Origin: a virus
Strand: one strand, 5' to 3'
Length of the DNA stretch: 64,000 nt
IMG/VR virus record: IMGVR_UViG_3300045988_106519
Location: 51,386-115,385 of that record
Below the pieces are notes generated by a model. It ran no database searches, was not told where the DNA came from, and worked only from the letters and a program-made list of their open reading frames with translations. Both the position numbers and the translations under genes were made by a program. Shown here piece after piece: positions 17,881 to 27,652 of this stretch. Within the stretch, counting starts at the first letter, position 1. The number at the start of each line of letters is the position of its first letter.

Positions 17881-17955
17881 GCTTTAGAGCTATACTATTT
17901 TTAGTATAAAAAGACAATAAAATCTTGGAACTTTTAGCTTAAAACAAAAAGAGAT

Positions 17956-18657
17956 ATGTTAGTAAAGGAAATTGTATATATGGTGCTGGACTTGGCAAAG
18001 GCAAATACTTCAGATGATTCATTCTTCAATGAAGACCATGTGCTATTTCTACTAAAGAAATACAGGAGTTTTCTGATAAAAAAGGAGCAGGAGAAATTGA
18101 AGACAACTACTGACATAGCATCAGAGTTTGAGTATCAGCAGATATGCCTTGCCTTGGAGAAAGTACCAGCAATAGATGGAAGTCCATGTACTGGAGGATA
18201 TTATCTTAGAACAGTGAAAAAGATACCAAAGCTACTTGAAGGTAATATGCCAAGAGTATATCCTATAGATTTCTATCAGGGTATAAATATTACTTATGTG
18301 CCAAGAGACAAGATGAGATATATAGGCACAAACAAGTTCTTGAGAAACATAATATATGTGTCATTGGGAACAGACTTGCATCTGTATCTTAAAAGTATAA
18401 ATTCACAATTTCTGTATCTTGAGAAAATAAGTATGAGTGCTATATTTGAGGACTTTGATGAGATAGAGAAATATAAATGTGAAGGAGATACTACAGTATG
18501 CGATGTAATGGAGAGGGAGTTTCCAATAAGAGAATATCTGGTACCTACCTTGACAGAGCTTGTAGTAAAAGAACTTGTAGGAAGCATGTATAAGCCTGTA
18601 GATCAAGTTAATAATGCAAGTGATGATATGTCAAAGGTAGCAACAAAACAGAGTTAG
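17956..18657 (+). CDS. hypothetical virion-block protein (233 aa)
   Basis: ATG ORF, co-oriented. Confidence 0.6.
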   Translation: MLVKEIVYMVLDLAKANTSDDSFFNEDHVLFLLKKYRSFLIKKEQEKLKTTTDIASEFEYQQICLALEKVPAIDGSPCTGGYYLRTVKKIPKLLEGNMPRVYPIDFYQGINITYVPRDKMRYIGTNKFLRNIIYVSLGTDLHLYLKSINSQFLYLEKISMSAIFEDFDEIEKYKCEGDTTVCDVMEREFPIREYLVPTLTELVVKELVGSMYKPVDQVNNASDDMSKVATKQS

Positions 18658-18659
18658 AA

Positions 18660-19187
18660 ATGGATTATAAGGAGTTTAGAACCAAGCTTATGAAGGCAGA
18701 TGCTCCAAAGAAAACAAAAGTAAGAAATTCATGGGGAGTATATGATGCTTATAAGCAGATAAGAAAGAAAGGTTGGTATGATATAGGCAGACCTTTGAAA
18801 GAGCATGAGTTCTACAGTATTGTTAGAGGTATAAATGACTTATTAGCAGAAGAGATAGTCAAGGGAAATACAATAAAGTTTCCACATAATATGGGGGAAC
18901 TTGAATTGAGAAAATACAAGCCAGAGGTAAAAATAGTAGATGGAAAGTTAAAGATAGGTTATCCTATAAATTGGGACAAAACAATAAAACTTTGGTATAA
19001 GGATGAAGAAGCAAGGAAAAACAAAACTCTTCTTAGATATGAGCCAAAGTACATATATCACATAAAATACAATAGACATCATGCTATGTATGAGAACCAA
19101 GTTTTCTATGAATTTGATGTAAACAGATTTATAAAACGATCATTAGTAAAGAGTATTAATAACGGTAAAACAGATACATTATGGTAA
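18660..19187 (+). CDS. hypothetical basic protein, weak HU/IHF-like segment (175 aa)
   Basis: EFYSIVRGINDLLAEEIVKGNTIKFPHNMGELELRKYK has a helix-strand pattern reminiscent of HU/IHF. Weak call. Confidence 0.3.
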   Translation: MDYKEFRTKLMKADAPKKTKVRNSWGVYDAYKQIRKKGWYDIGRPLKEHEFYSIVRGINDLLAEEIVKGNTIKFPHNMGELELRKYKPEVKIVDGKLKIGYPINWDKTIKLWYKDEEARKNKTLLRYEPKYIYHIKYNRHHAMYENQVFYEFDVNRFIKRSLVKSINNGKTDTLW

Positions 19188-19942
19188 CAGAGATACAATA
19201 TACAAATATAAGGAGAGTGCTTGATGACTTAGTAGAGCACCCATTATTGAGAAACTTAACTCTTGAGCAAGTGGTAAGGCATACTCTTAGGTTTATATCT
19301 CTGCATGGTTATCCAAGGCTATACCAAGATAAGATTGCTGAAATAGAGATAAAAGACTTTAGAGGACTATTGCCTTGTGACCTTATATCAATAATACAAG
19401 TTAAGGGTCTTGATACAGGGATTTGTCTGAGAGCAATGACAGATACCTTTGCTAAGGGATTGAGGTCAAAGCCAAGAGAAGTAAATGCACATAAGGACTT
19501 GTTGAATAATATTCAGAATGAGTATATACCACCAAGGAATGAACATACGGAAGAACTATCATTCAAGACACAAGGTAGAGTAATATTCACATCATTTCCA
19601 GTAGGAAGAGTAGAAGTGGCATATAAGGCAATACCAGTAGATGAAGATGGTTTTCCGTTGTTGATAGACAATGAGACATATCTCAATGCACTGGAGGCAT
19701 ATATTAAGGTAAAGGTATTCACTGTAAGGTTTGATACAAACAATATGTCAGCAGGAGTATTAAGTAATGCACAGACAGAATATGCTTGGGCAGCACATCT
19801 ATTGCAGAGTGAGATGACAACACCATCAGTGTCAGAGATGGAAAGTATCACAAGGTATCTTAATACATTGATAAAGCCAGTGACACATTTTGATAATGGA
19901 TTTAAGAACTTAGGAGATAGAGAATATAGGAGGAGATATTAA
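19181..19942 (+). CDS. hypothetical virion-block protein (253 aa)
   Basis: Overlaps the upstream gene by 7 nt. Confidence 0.6.
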   Translation: MVTEIQYTNIRRVLDDLVEHPLLRNLTLEQVVRHTLRFISLHGYPRLYQDKIAEIEIKDFRGLLPCDLISIIQVKGLDTGICLRAMTDTFAKGLRSKPREVNAHKDLLNNIQNEYIPPRNEHTEELSFKTQGRVIFTSFPVGRVEVAYKAIPVDEDGFPLLIDNETYLNALEAYIKVKVFTVRFDTNNMSAGVLSNAQTEYAWAAHLLQSEMTTPSVSEMESITRYLNTLIKPVTHFDNGFKNLGDREYRRRY

Positions 19943-19943
19943 T

Positions 19944-22900
19944 ATGACAAAGAAATATATCAATTGGAAAACAAAAGGCATGAACAAAGATATGTCAGTT
20001 TCTGCCTTTAATCCAGAGTTTGCTTTTGAGAATCTTAATATAAGACTTGCTACCAATGAAGGTAACACAATGATGTCTTGGGTAAATGAAAGAGGACCAA
20101 AGAAACTGAGACTTCGTGTAGACACTATGCCTTGGGCTACAGAGAATATTGATGGTAGGTATGATAGTAATGTTGATGAAGAAACTAAAGAGATAACTGA
20201 TACAACTGTTATCAGAGGAATACCTATAGGTACAGCTGTGCTTAATCATAAGTTAGTGTTGTTTACTGCCAGTGATTATATCTATCTATTTGAGAAATCA
20301 GATGATAAGGATTATGACCTTAAAGGCAAGATTCTTTATTTTGGTTCATTAGGATTTAGTCCTAATTATCCTATAGAGACAGTAGTATCTTATGAGTCAG
20401 AAAATATTCAGAAAGTGTATTGGACAGATGGACTGAATCAACCAAGAGTAATCAATATAGCTCCTTCAATGGATTATAAGACAAATAAGTACATTAGTTC
20501 CTCTTTTGACTTTGTACCAGAGTTAGCTTTAAAAGAAACTGTGTCTGTTAGTAAGATGTATGGTGCAGGAGAGTTTCCTCCTGGAGTAATACAGTATGCT
20601 TTTACCTACTATAATAAATATGGTCAGGAAAGCAATATATTCTATACAACACATTTACAGTATATCTCTTATACCAATAGAGCAGGAAGTCCAGAAGAGA
20701 AGATAGCAAATTGTTTTAAGATACAGGTAAACAATATAGACAAGAACTTTGATTATATGAGGATTTACTCAATTCTCAGAACATCAAAGGATGACACACC
20801 ATTAGTTAAGAGAATACAGGATTTAGAGATAAAAGAGACTACTGAATCCCTGACCTATATAGATAATGGAACAAGTGGGGAGACTGTAGACCCTACAGAG
20901 CTTTTGTATAAAGGCGGAGAAGAGATAGCAGCCAAGACAGTAGAGCAGAAAGATGAGACACTGTTTTTAGGAAATATAGTAGTAACAAGACCTTCTATTA
21001 TTAATATAAAGAATATATTATTGAAGGAAAATGAAGTTACTAAAGAAGAACCTTTAATAAAAGATGAGTTAAATAAGGTTACAGCAATAGCAAAGCCAAG
21101 GAACTTTAGATTAGCTTCTAAATCTCCTTTCACTTACTATAATACTCTTGATACTAAAGGTGATTATCAAGGAGCCTCTTGTTTTAAATCCAGGGAATAT
21201 TATAGACTTGGAATACAGTTTCAGTATAAGAATGGAAAGTGGTCAGAGCCTTGTTGGATAGGAGACAAGCAATGTAATGCAATACCTTTAGAAGATACTG
21301 AGAAAGGAATTATAAAAGTTCCAGAGTTTGAGTATAAGATAAGAGATGTAGGGGACACTTATTCAAATAGTATATTTGAGAGTTTATATGAACAAGGTTA
21401 TAGAAAGGTAAGACCAGTATTTGCAATACCAAGAACACAGGATAGAACCATTCTATGTCAAGGAATAGGATGCCCTACAATGTATAGAACAGTAGATAGG
21501 AAGAATAATTTGCATGCTATTGCATCATGGTTGTTTAGAACAGGATATTTTACAAATGATGCTGGTTCTGATTGGAACATACCAAATAGTAAATTCACTG
21601 AAAAGGATGGATATACAGGAGGAGGTTATGTAGATATAAATGGAAATCTTGTATCACAGTATAAGGAACCATTTATTGTTTTTCCCTCAAATATTCAAGG
21701 ATTCAGTTCTATATTAGTATCTCCATATCTATCAAGTACAGAAGTTATGGGCACATTTAGTGACGATGATTCTTATAAGATAGATATAGACTTTATAACT
21801 TTAAATTCTCCAGATGTAGAATTTGATGACTTTATGGTTCATACAGACTTCAAGGGATATGATTTAAGTACTGTTGGGCGTGCTACCTTTGAGAAGACCT
21901 ATGGAGATATAAGTATTCAAACATCAACACCAACAATGGGTTCAGATGCAGCAGGATTCATTCATAGAAGTATTGTAGCTCCAGGATGTGGTGCTCTTAT
22001 TTCAGGACTCTTTTATAATGATTATGTAGTAGATGATTATGAAAATGTAAAATATAGTGCTTATAATACCAGTAGTCCTCCTATAGATTTTCCAATTTAT
22101 ATGTGGCATAAGAATGGTTCTTTGAACAATGATGTAGCCAGAGATAACAGAAGTGCTCAACTTTTAAAAAAGAAAATAAGTAACTATAGATTTGGTTCCA
22201 ATATTGAATATGCAGAAATAAAAAAAGCTCCGATATTAGGAGCCTCCGATATTCAATTATTCAATGCTGACTATCTATCTGTAGTGAAAGTTAATGGGCA
22301 GATATATCAAGGTAATGTAGATACTATGGTAGTTCCAAGTGAACCTTCCCCATATTATTTAGTAGGAGATCCTTGGAGAAAAAATGTAGATACAACTTAT
22401 AAATCAAGAAGTTACTTCAGATTAACACTTAAAGATCCAAATGACACCAGTTCAGAAAATGGTATATGGGAATTATATAAGAAAGATAATACTTGGGATT
22501 GGTATAAAAGAAGAAAAGAAAACAATAATATAGGTGATAGGGTAAAAGGATTGGCTCAATGGAGAGATGGTGTAAGTATAAAATATAAGTCTACTCCACA
22601 TTTGGTAGCAAGTATTGGAACAGATGTTTATACTTGGGTAGGTACAGAGTCTTTAAGTATGGGACAAGCTCCTATAATTGAAGTTTTTAAGGCATATAAC
22701 AAAGATGTGATATTTGGAGGAACATCAGATGAAGCATTGCAGGCAGCTACATGGATACCATGTGGACCACCTATTGCATTTGATGAAAACACTAAACAAT
22801 GTACATTAGAGTTTAAATGGGGAGATACATATTTTCAGAGATATGAATGTCTGAAGACATATCCTTTTACTACAGAAGACAAAAATCAAGTAATAGAGAT

Positions 22901-24230
22901 AGCATCCTTTATGGTAGAGACAAGAGTGAATATAGATGGAAGATATGATAGGAATAGAGGACAGTTAAGTAATTTGAATATGACCCCTCAGAACTTCAAT
23001 CTTATAAATCCAGTATATTCACAGATGGATAATTTCTTCTCATATAAGATAATGGATGAAGATAGCTATAAGAACACATCATTTCCAAATACAGTTACTT
23101 GGACTAAGACCAAGCAAAATGGAGCAGATGTAGATTTGTGGACAAACATCACTATGGCTAATACTTTGGAGATGGATGGAGACAAAGGAAAGATAAACAA
23201 GCTTACAAGGCTTAATAATCAGTTGCTTTCATTCCAAGATAGTGGTATATCCCAGATACTGTATAATGAGAATACACAAATTTCTACTACAGAAGGAGTA
23301 CCTATTGAGATAGCAAACTCACAGAAAGTACAAGGTAAGAGATACTATTCAGACACAGTAGGTTGTTCAAATAAGTGGTCTATGGTGCAGACACCTTTAG
23401 GCATATACTTTATGGACAGCAATGAGAAGAGTATATATCTGTTTAATGGTCAGTTGAATAATTTGAGTACAGCAGGAGGCTTTAATGCTTGGGCTAAGCA
23501 GAATATTCCATCAGCAGAAGTAGAATGGACACCTAATATGTTTGATTCATTTGTAACTTACTATGACAAACTTAATCAAGATGTATTGTTTATCAATGGA
23601 AATATAGCATTGGCCTATTCAGAAAAGTTTAACTGCTTCACTTCATTCTATGATTATGGTAGAACGCCCTATTTTATTAATCTTGATGATATGGGAATAT
23701 GGATGAAATCTTCAAATTTATGGCAACATCAAGCAGGAGGATACTGTAACTTCTTTGATGTAACAAAACCCTTCTCAATGACATTAGTTGCTAATCAAGA
23801 GCCACAGATGGATAAGATGTTTACTAACTTGGAGTTTAGAGCTTGTGTAGAAGGGGAAGGGGTATATGATGAAATTAAGGATAAGTTTACTCCTATCTTA
23901 CCCTTTGACACTATAGAAGTATGGAATGAGTATCAACATGGAAAGCTTAGTCTTAGTGATAGAAATGGTCATGACAGATTTACTCATGGAAACTTAGATG
24001 GTAATGCTTCATTAAACAGAAAGTTCAGAATGTGGAGGTGTGATATTCCGAGGGACAATGTAGAGATAAACAAGATAAATGCTGCTACAGAGTCCTTGAT
24101 GGGAATAAAGAGGTTTAAGGCAAGACCATTGGATAGAATAAGAAATCCTTGGGCATATATAAAGCTTACAAAAAATGAAGTCATAAGTAAGATAGAGGTA
24201 CATGATATCATGGTAACATACTTTGAATAA
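19944..24230 (+). CDS. large tail/nozzle-type structural protein (1428 aa)
   Basis: AGGAGG RBS. Size and position after the neck-like genes support the call; the function is positional. Confidence 0.4.
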   Translation: MTKKYINWKTKGMNKDMSVSAFNPEFAFENLNIRLATNEGNTMMSWVNERGPKKLRLRVDTMPWATENIDGRYDSNVDEETKEITDTTVIRGIPIGTAVLNHKLVLFTASDYIYLFEKSDDKDYDLKGKILYFGSLGFSPNYPIETVVSYESENIQKVYWTDGLNQPRVINIAPSMDYKTNKYISSSFDFVPELALKETVSVSKMYGAGEFPPGVIQYAFTYYNKYGQESNIFYTTHLQYISYTNRAGSPEEKIANCFKIQVNNIDKNFDYMRIYSILRTSKDDTPLVKRIQDLEIKETTESLTYIDNGTSGETVDPTELLYKGGEEIAAKTVEQKDETLFLGNIVVTRPSIINIKNILLKENEVTKEEPLIKDELNKVTAIAKPRNFRLASKSPFTYYNTLDTKGDYQGASCFKSREYYRLGIQFQYKNGKWSEPCWIGDKQCNAIPLEDTEKGIIKVPEFEYKIRDVGDTYSNSIFESLYEQGYRKVRPVFAIPRTQDRTILCQGIGCPTMYRTVDRKNNLHAIASWLFRTGYFTNDAGSDWNIPNSKFTEKDGYTGGGYVDINGNLVSQYKEPFIVFPSNIQGFSSILVSPYLSSTEVMGTFSDDDSYKIDIDFITLNSPDVEFDDFMVHTDFKGYDLSTVGRATFEKTYGDISIQTSTPTMGSDAAGFIHRSIVAPGCGALISGLFYNDYVVDDYENVKYSAYNTSSPPIDFPIYMWHKNGSLNNDVARDNRSAQLLKKKISNYRFGSNIEYAEIKKAPILGASDIQLFNADYLSVVKVNGQIYQGNVDTMVVPSEPSPYYLVGDPWRKNVDTTYKSRSYFRLTLKDPNDTSSENGIWELYKKDNTWDWYKRRKENNNIGDRVKGLAQWRDGVSIKYKSTPHLVASIGTDVYTWVGTESLSMGQAPIIEVFKAYNKDVIFGGTSDEALQAATWIPCGPPIAFDENTKQCTLEFKWGDTYFQRYECLKTYPFTTEDKNQVIEIASFMVETRVNIDGRYDRNRGQLSNLNMTPQNFNLINPVYSQMDNFFSYKIMDEDSYKNTSFPNTVTWTKTKQNGADVDLWTNITMANTLEMDGDKGKINKLTRLNNQLLSFQDSGISQILYNENTQISTTEGVPIEIANSQKVQGKRYYSDTVGCSNKWSMVQTPLGIYFMDSNEKSIYLFNGQLNNLSTAGGFNAWAKQNIPSAEVEWTPNMFDSFVTYYDKLNQDVLFINGNIALAYSEKFNCFTSFYDYGRTPYFINLDDMGIWMKSSNLWQHQAGGYCNFFDVTKPFSMTLVANQEPQMDKMFTNLEFRACVEGEGVYDEIKDKFTPILPFDTIEVWNEYQHGKLSLSDRNGHDRFTHGNLDGNASLNRKFRMWRCDIPRDNVEINKINAATESLMGIKRFKARPLDRIRNPWAYIKLTKNEVISKIEVHDIMVTYFE

Positions 24231-24237
24231 TAAAAAG

Positions 24238-24277
24238 AAGGTAAGGAAGTCTTAATGATTTTCTTACCTCTTTTTAT
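24238..24277 (+). terminator. rho-independent terminator
   Basis: AGGTAAGGAA/TTCTTACCT stem (one bulge), then CTTTTTATT. Confidence 0.55.
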
Positions 24278-24301
24278 TATAAGGATAAGAGAGGAGTTGT
24301 A

Positions 24302-27300
24302 ATGAGTGTAAAGAAGTATCTTTGCAATAAACATATTACTAATATGAGAAAAAGAAATAAATTATATAAAGTGAACAAATGGAATCAACCATTGTTTGCT
24401 ACAGAAGTAGATAGAGAACATCAGAATATCTTTGATGGTCTTGATTTTAGCTACTTGAATAATATTAATGCAGGAAGTTTAGGAAGTCTAACTAAGACAA
24501 TAGACCCATCAGAAATAACAAGTTCACAAATGTCAAGCTGGTTACCTAAGCATGTAGATGTGCCTGTAGGTAAGGTAGGTGGAGTAGGTAAGGTAGGCAA
24601 TATTGTAGGTGCATTAGGTAATGTAGTAGGTGGTGCAGCAAATAGAGTTATAAGTGGAGGGCTTAGTTCTGGTGTAGGTAATGCAATAAGTGGTATAGGA
24701 GGTACTGTAGGTGGTGCATTAAGTACTGTCAATCCTTTAGTAGGAGGTATAGTATCAGCAGCATCAGGTATTGTTAGTGGTGGTATTAATGCCCTCTTTG
24801 GCATGAAAACAGACCAAAAGAAACTTAATGCTGCTAATGAAGGTACAAGTTATCTGAACAACTTTATATCTAATGCTTCATCTTTTGATGATATACAAGG
24901 TCCAAATGCTGTTGCAGGAGTGCAGAATGCTTATAAAGGAGGGGTTTTTAATAAAGGTAAAGCCAGAAGGTTGAATGCACAGCTAAGAGCAGAAAGAGCA
25001 AATGCAGAGTCATGGGCAAATAGAAGTGTAGATAATAACATTGATAATATAGCAGGGACACAGATGGATAATATGCTTGCAAACTATGCAGCTTTTGGTG
25101 GACCTCTTGGAGGTATGCCTATTCAAGATACAGGAGCTATAGATTATGGATTTATGTCAGATTATCTTGTAACAAAGAATAGAATGGCAGACATGAAAAA
25201 CAAGGTTACAGGAACTGTATTTGATAATATACCTTCAACACCTATAAATACCTTTGAGTCAGGTGGAGGTATTCATATTAAGAAGAGTCATAGAGGATTA
25301 TTCACTAAAGAAGCTAAGACACATGGTATGGGAGTACAAGAGTTTGCATCACATGTGTTAGCTAATAAAGATAAGTATTCACCTGAAGTAGTGAAGAGGG
25401 CTAACTTTGCAAGGAATGCTGCTAAGTTTGCTTTAGGTGGAGATATGCAGACTAATGGAGGAGACTTTACAGATGGTCTTACTATTATTGATGCAGGAGG
25501 TTCACATGAGGAGAATCCTTATGATGGTGTGCAAGTAGGTGTAAGCAGAGAGAATGGTCAGCCAAACTTGGTAGAAGAGGGAGAGACTATATTTGATGAT
25601 TATGTGTTTAGTAAGAGAATAAAGGCAGATGCAGAGACAAAGAAGAAATTCCATGTAGGAAAGAATACTAATATAAGTTATGCAGACTTGTCAAAGAAAC
25701 TTGAGAAGGAAAGTCTTGAGAGGCCAAATGACCCAATATCACAGAATGGGTTGAAGAAACAACTTCATAATCTTGCAGATGAACAGGAGAGGCAGAAGGG
25801 AGAAGAAATGCAAGATGCTTTTGACAAACTACCTCCAGAACAGCAGCAGGTAATAATGCAACAGATAGCTATGCAGGAACAGCAGGCTAAGGAAGCACAG
25901 CAAGCTCAGAGTGAAGAACAGCTAAATAACGCACAGCAGGAAGAGCAGCTTCAAGGACAACAAGATAATGGAGAACAGATGGTAGAAGAGCCTAATAGAG
26001 AAGAAGAAAATACAGAACAGATAAATGCTTGTGGTGGAAAGATGAACAGATTTGATAAGGGTGGAGACATGAAGAAAAAGATATATAATCTTTTGAAAAC
26101 ACCTACAGACAGAGAATTTAATAAGTGGGCAGAAGACCATAAGATAGGTAAGATAGATGATTGGGAAAACATATTGAAAAACAAAGCCTTTGTAGAAGCT
26201 TTAGGAAAAGACGATCCTATGTTGAAGGATGCTCTTTCAAGAGGATATGACTTTGGTTTCTATGTTCCAAATAAAAATGGAAAACTAACCTTTGACTTTG
26301 TACATGGAGGTTGGGGAAAGGAAGACTATAATGCTTGGAATGGTAGTACTGATGCAGCTTGGAAAGAAGCAGTAGAGAAGGGTCTTGTAAAGAAAGGTAT
26401 GAAGTCGGAGGAAATAGGCAAAGCCCTATCACAGACAGATGCTTATAAGAGAGGCTCAGATTGGCTAAAAGAGAATGAGGAAAACAGACTATTCTACTTG
26501 CAGCAGATACTTAATAGTAAGGATGCACCAGAAGCAGCAAGACAATATGCAGCAAGATATGTTGATAATAATGGTTGGCTGAAAGATGCAAAGAGAGACT
26601 ATCAGACCATCTTTGAAGACCCCAATGGAACTGGTGTTAGAAATACTCATCCTGGAACATATTGGAAAACCCCTAATGAAATGTTGAGAAACAAAGTAAC
26701 AGGAAACTTTGTAGTGAATGATGATGGAACAGTAGATGAGATTGTAGGGGATATACCAAAAGAATGGAATAGTGCAGGAAATTATAATTGGAAAGATGCT
26801 AATAGTGATTATGTGTATAACTATTATAAAAGACCAGTAGATACTGTAGTTACTTCTGATAAGAAGAATGAGGTAGATGATGAGGAGTATGAGCCAGCAC
26901 ATAAACCAACATGGGGAAGGACAGCAGGACTATTAGGACCAGTGGTAGGTCTTGGAATGCAAGCCTTAGGTATAGGAAAGCCAGACTATTCAGGAATGGA
27001 TGCTTCATTGGAGATAGCAAATGGAAGTCCTGCAATGGCACATTATAAGCCAATAGGCAACTATCTGACCTACAGACCAATGGATATATGGTATGAACAG
27101 AATAGGATGGATGCTAATAGTAGAGCTACAGATAGAGCAATTCTAAATAATGCTTCACCAATGGGAACTAAAATGGCAGGACTTATAGCAAACGGTTATA
27201 ATAGTCAGATAGCAGACGGTGAGCTTTATAGGAAAGCTTTGGAATATAATGATGCACAGAGACAGAGAGTAGCAGAATTCAATAGAGGTACAGATATGTA

Positions 27301-27640
27301 TAATGCTAATGCTGCAAATCAGACATCAGCTACTAATGCTCAGATAGCAAACAATAACAGACAACTTAGAGCACAGATACAGATGGATGCTGCAAGGCAG
27401 AGAATGGCTGCTGATGCTGCCTGGAATCAAGGAATATATGGTAATGTGAATGGCTTATTTGCAGGTTTGGGAGCCTGGGGTAAGGAGAATGCACAACATA
27501 ATATGATTGCAGATATGGCTGCTGATGGATTGTTTGGAACAATGAGTGACAAGCAGAATATAGGTAAAGGCTATATTAGAAAGAAAAAGGCAGCATGTGG
27601 AGGCAAGATAAATAGGAAAAAGAAAGGTTTAACATTTTAA
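24302..27640 (+). CDS. Gly-rich internal/ejection-type virion protein (1112 aa)
   Basis: ~90-aa Gly/Val/Ser-rich hydrophobic tract (VGKVGGVGKVGNIVGALGNVVGG...), Q/E low-complexity region, and repeated A-x-G-G motifs including ACGGK(M/I)NR twice. Confidence 0.4.
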   Translation: MSVKKYLCNKHITNMRKRNKLYKVNKWNQPLFATEVDREHQNIFDGLDFSYLNNINAGSLGSLTKTIDPSEITSSQMSSWLPKHVDVPVGKVGGVGKVGNIVGALGNVVGGAANRVISGGLSSGVGNAISGIGGTVGGALSTVNPLVGGIVSAASGIVSGGINALFGMKTDQKKLNAANEGTSYLNNFISNASSFDDIQGPNAVAGVQNAYKGGVFNKGKARRLNAQLRAERANAESWANRSVDNNIDNIAGTQMDNMLANYAAFGGPLGGMPIQDTGAIDYGFMSDYLVTKNRMADMKNKVTGTVFDNIPSTPINTFESGGGIHIKKSHRGLFTKEAKTHGMGVQEFASHVLANKDKYSPEVVKRANFARNAAKFALGGDMQTNGGDFTDGLTIIDAGGSHEENPYDGVQVGVSRENGQPNLVEEGETIFDDYVFSKRIKADAETKKKFHVGKNTNISYADLSKKLEKESLERPNDPISQNGLKKQLHNLADEQERQKGEEMQDAFDKLPPEQQQVIMQQIAMQEQQAKEAQQAQSEEQLNNAQQEEQLQGQQDNGEQMVEEPNREEENTEQINACGGKMNRFDKGGDMKKKIYNLLKTPTDREFNKWAEDHKIGKIDDWENILKNKAFVEALGKDDPMLKDALSRGYDFGFYVPNKNGKLTFDFVHGGWGKEDYNAWNGSTDAAWKEAVEKGLVKKGMKSEEIGKALSQTDAYKRGSDWLKENEENRLFYLQQILNSKDAPEAARQYAARYVDNNGWLKDAKRDYQTIFEDPNGTGVRNTHPGTYWKTPNEMLRNKVTGNFVVNDDGTVDEIVGDIPKEWNSAGNYNWKDANSDYVYNYYKRPVDTVVTSDKKNEVDDEEYEPAHKPTWGRTAGLLGPVVGLGMQALGIGKPDYSGMDASLEIANGSPAMAHYKPIGNYLTYRPMDIWYEQNRMDANSRATDRAILNNASPMGTKMAGLIANGYNSQIADGELYRKALEYNDAQRQRVAEFNRGTDMYNANAANQTSATNAQIANNNRQLRAQIQMDAARQRMAADAAWNQGIYGNVNGLFAGLGAWGKENAQHNMIADMAADGLFGTMSDKQNIGKGYIRKKKAACGGKINRKKKGLTF

Positions 27641-27652
27641 AGAGTAGAAGAT

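Noticed and set aside
24451-24804. 117-aa Pro/Thr-rich minus-strand ORF.
   Set aside because: It is antisense to the GGT/GTA-rich Gly/Val tract of the 1112-aa gene, a compositional artefact.
24302-27640. The 1112-aa Gly-rich protein as a tape-measure protein, which would imply a long-tailed phage.
   Set aside because: There is no tube, sheath or frameshifted chaperone gene pattern upstream. The context of giant proteins, a portal with a Q-rich barrel and an RNAP fits a podovirus-like ejection protein better. This remains unproven.
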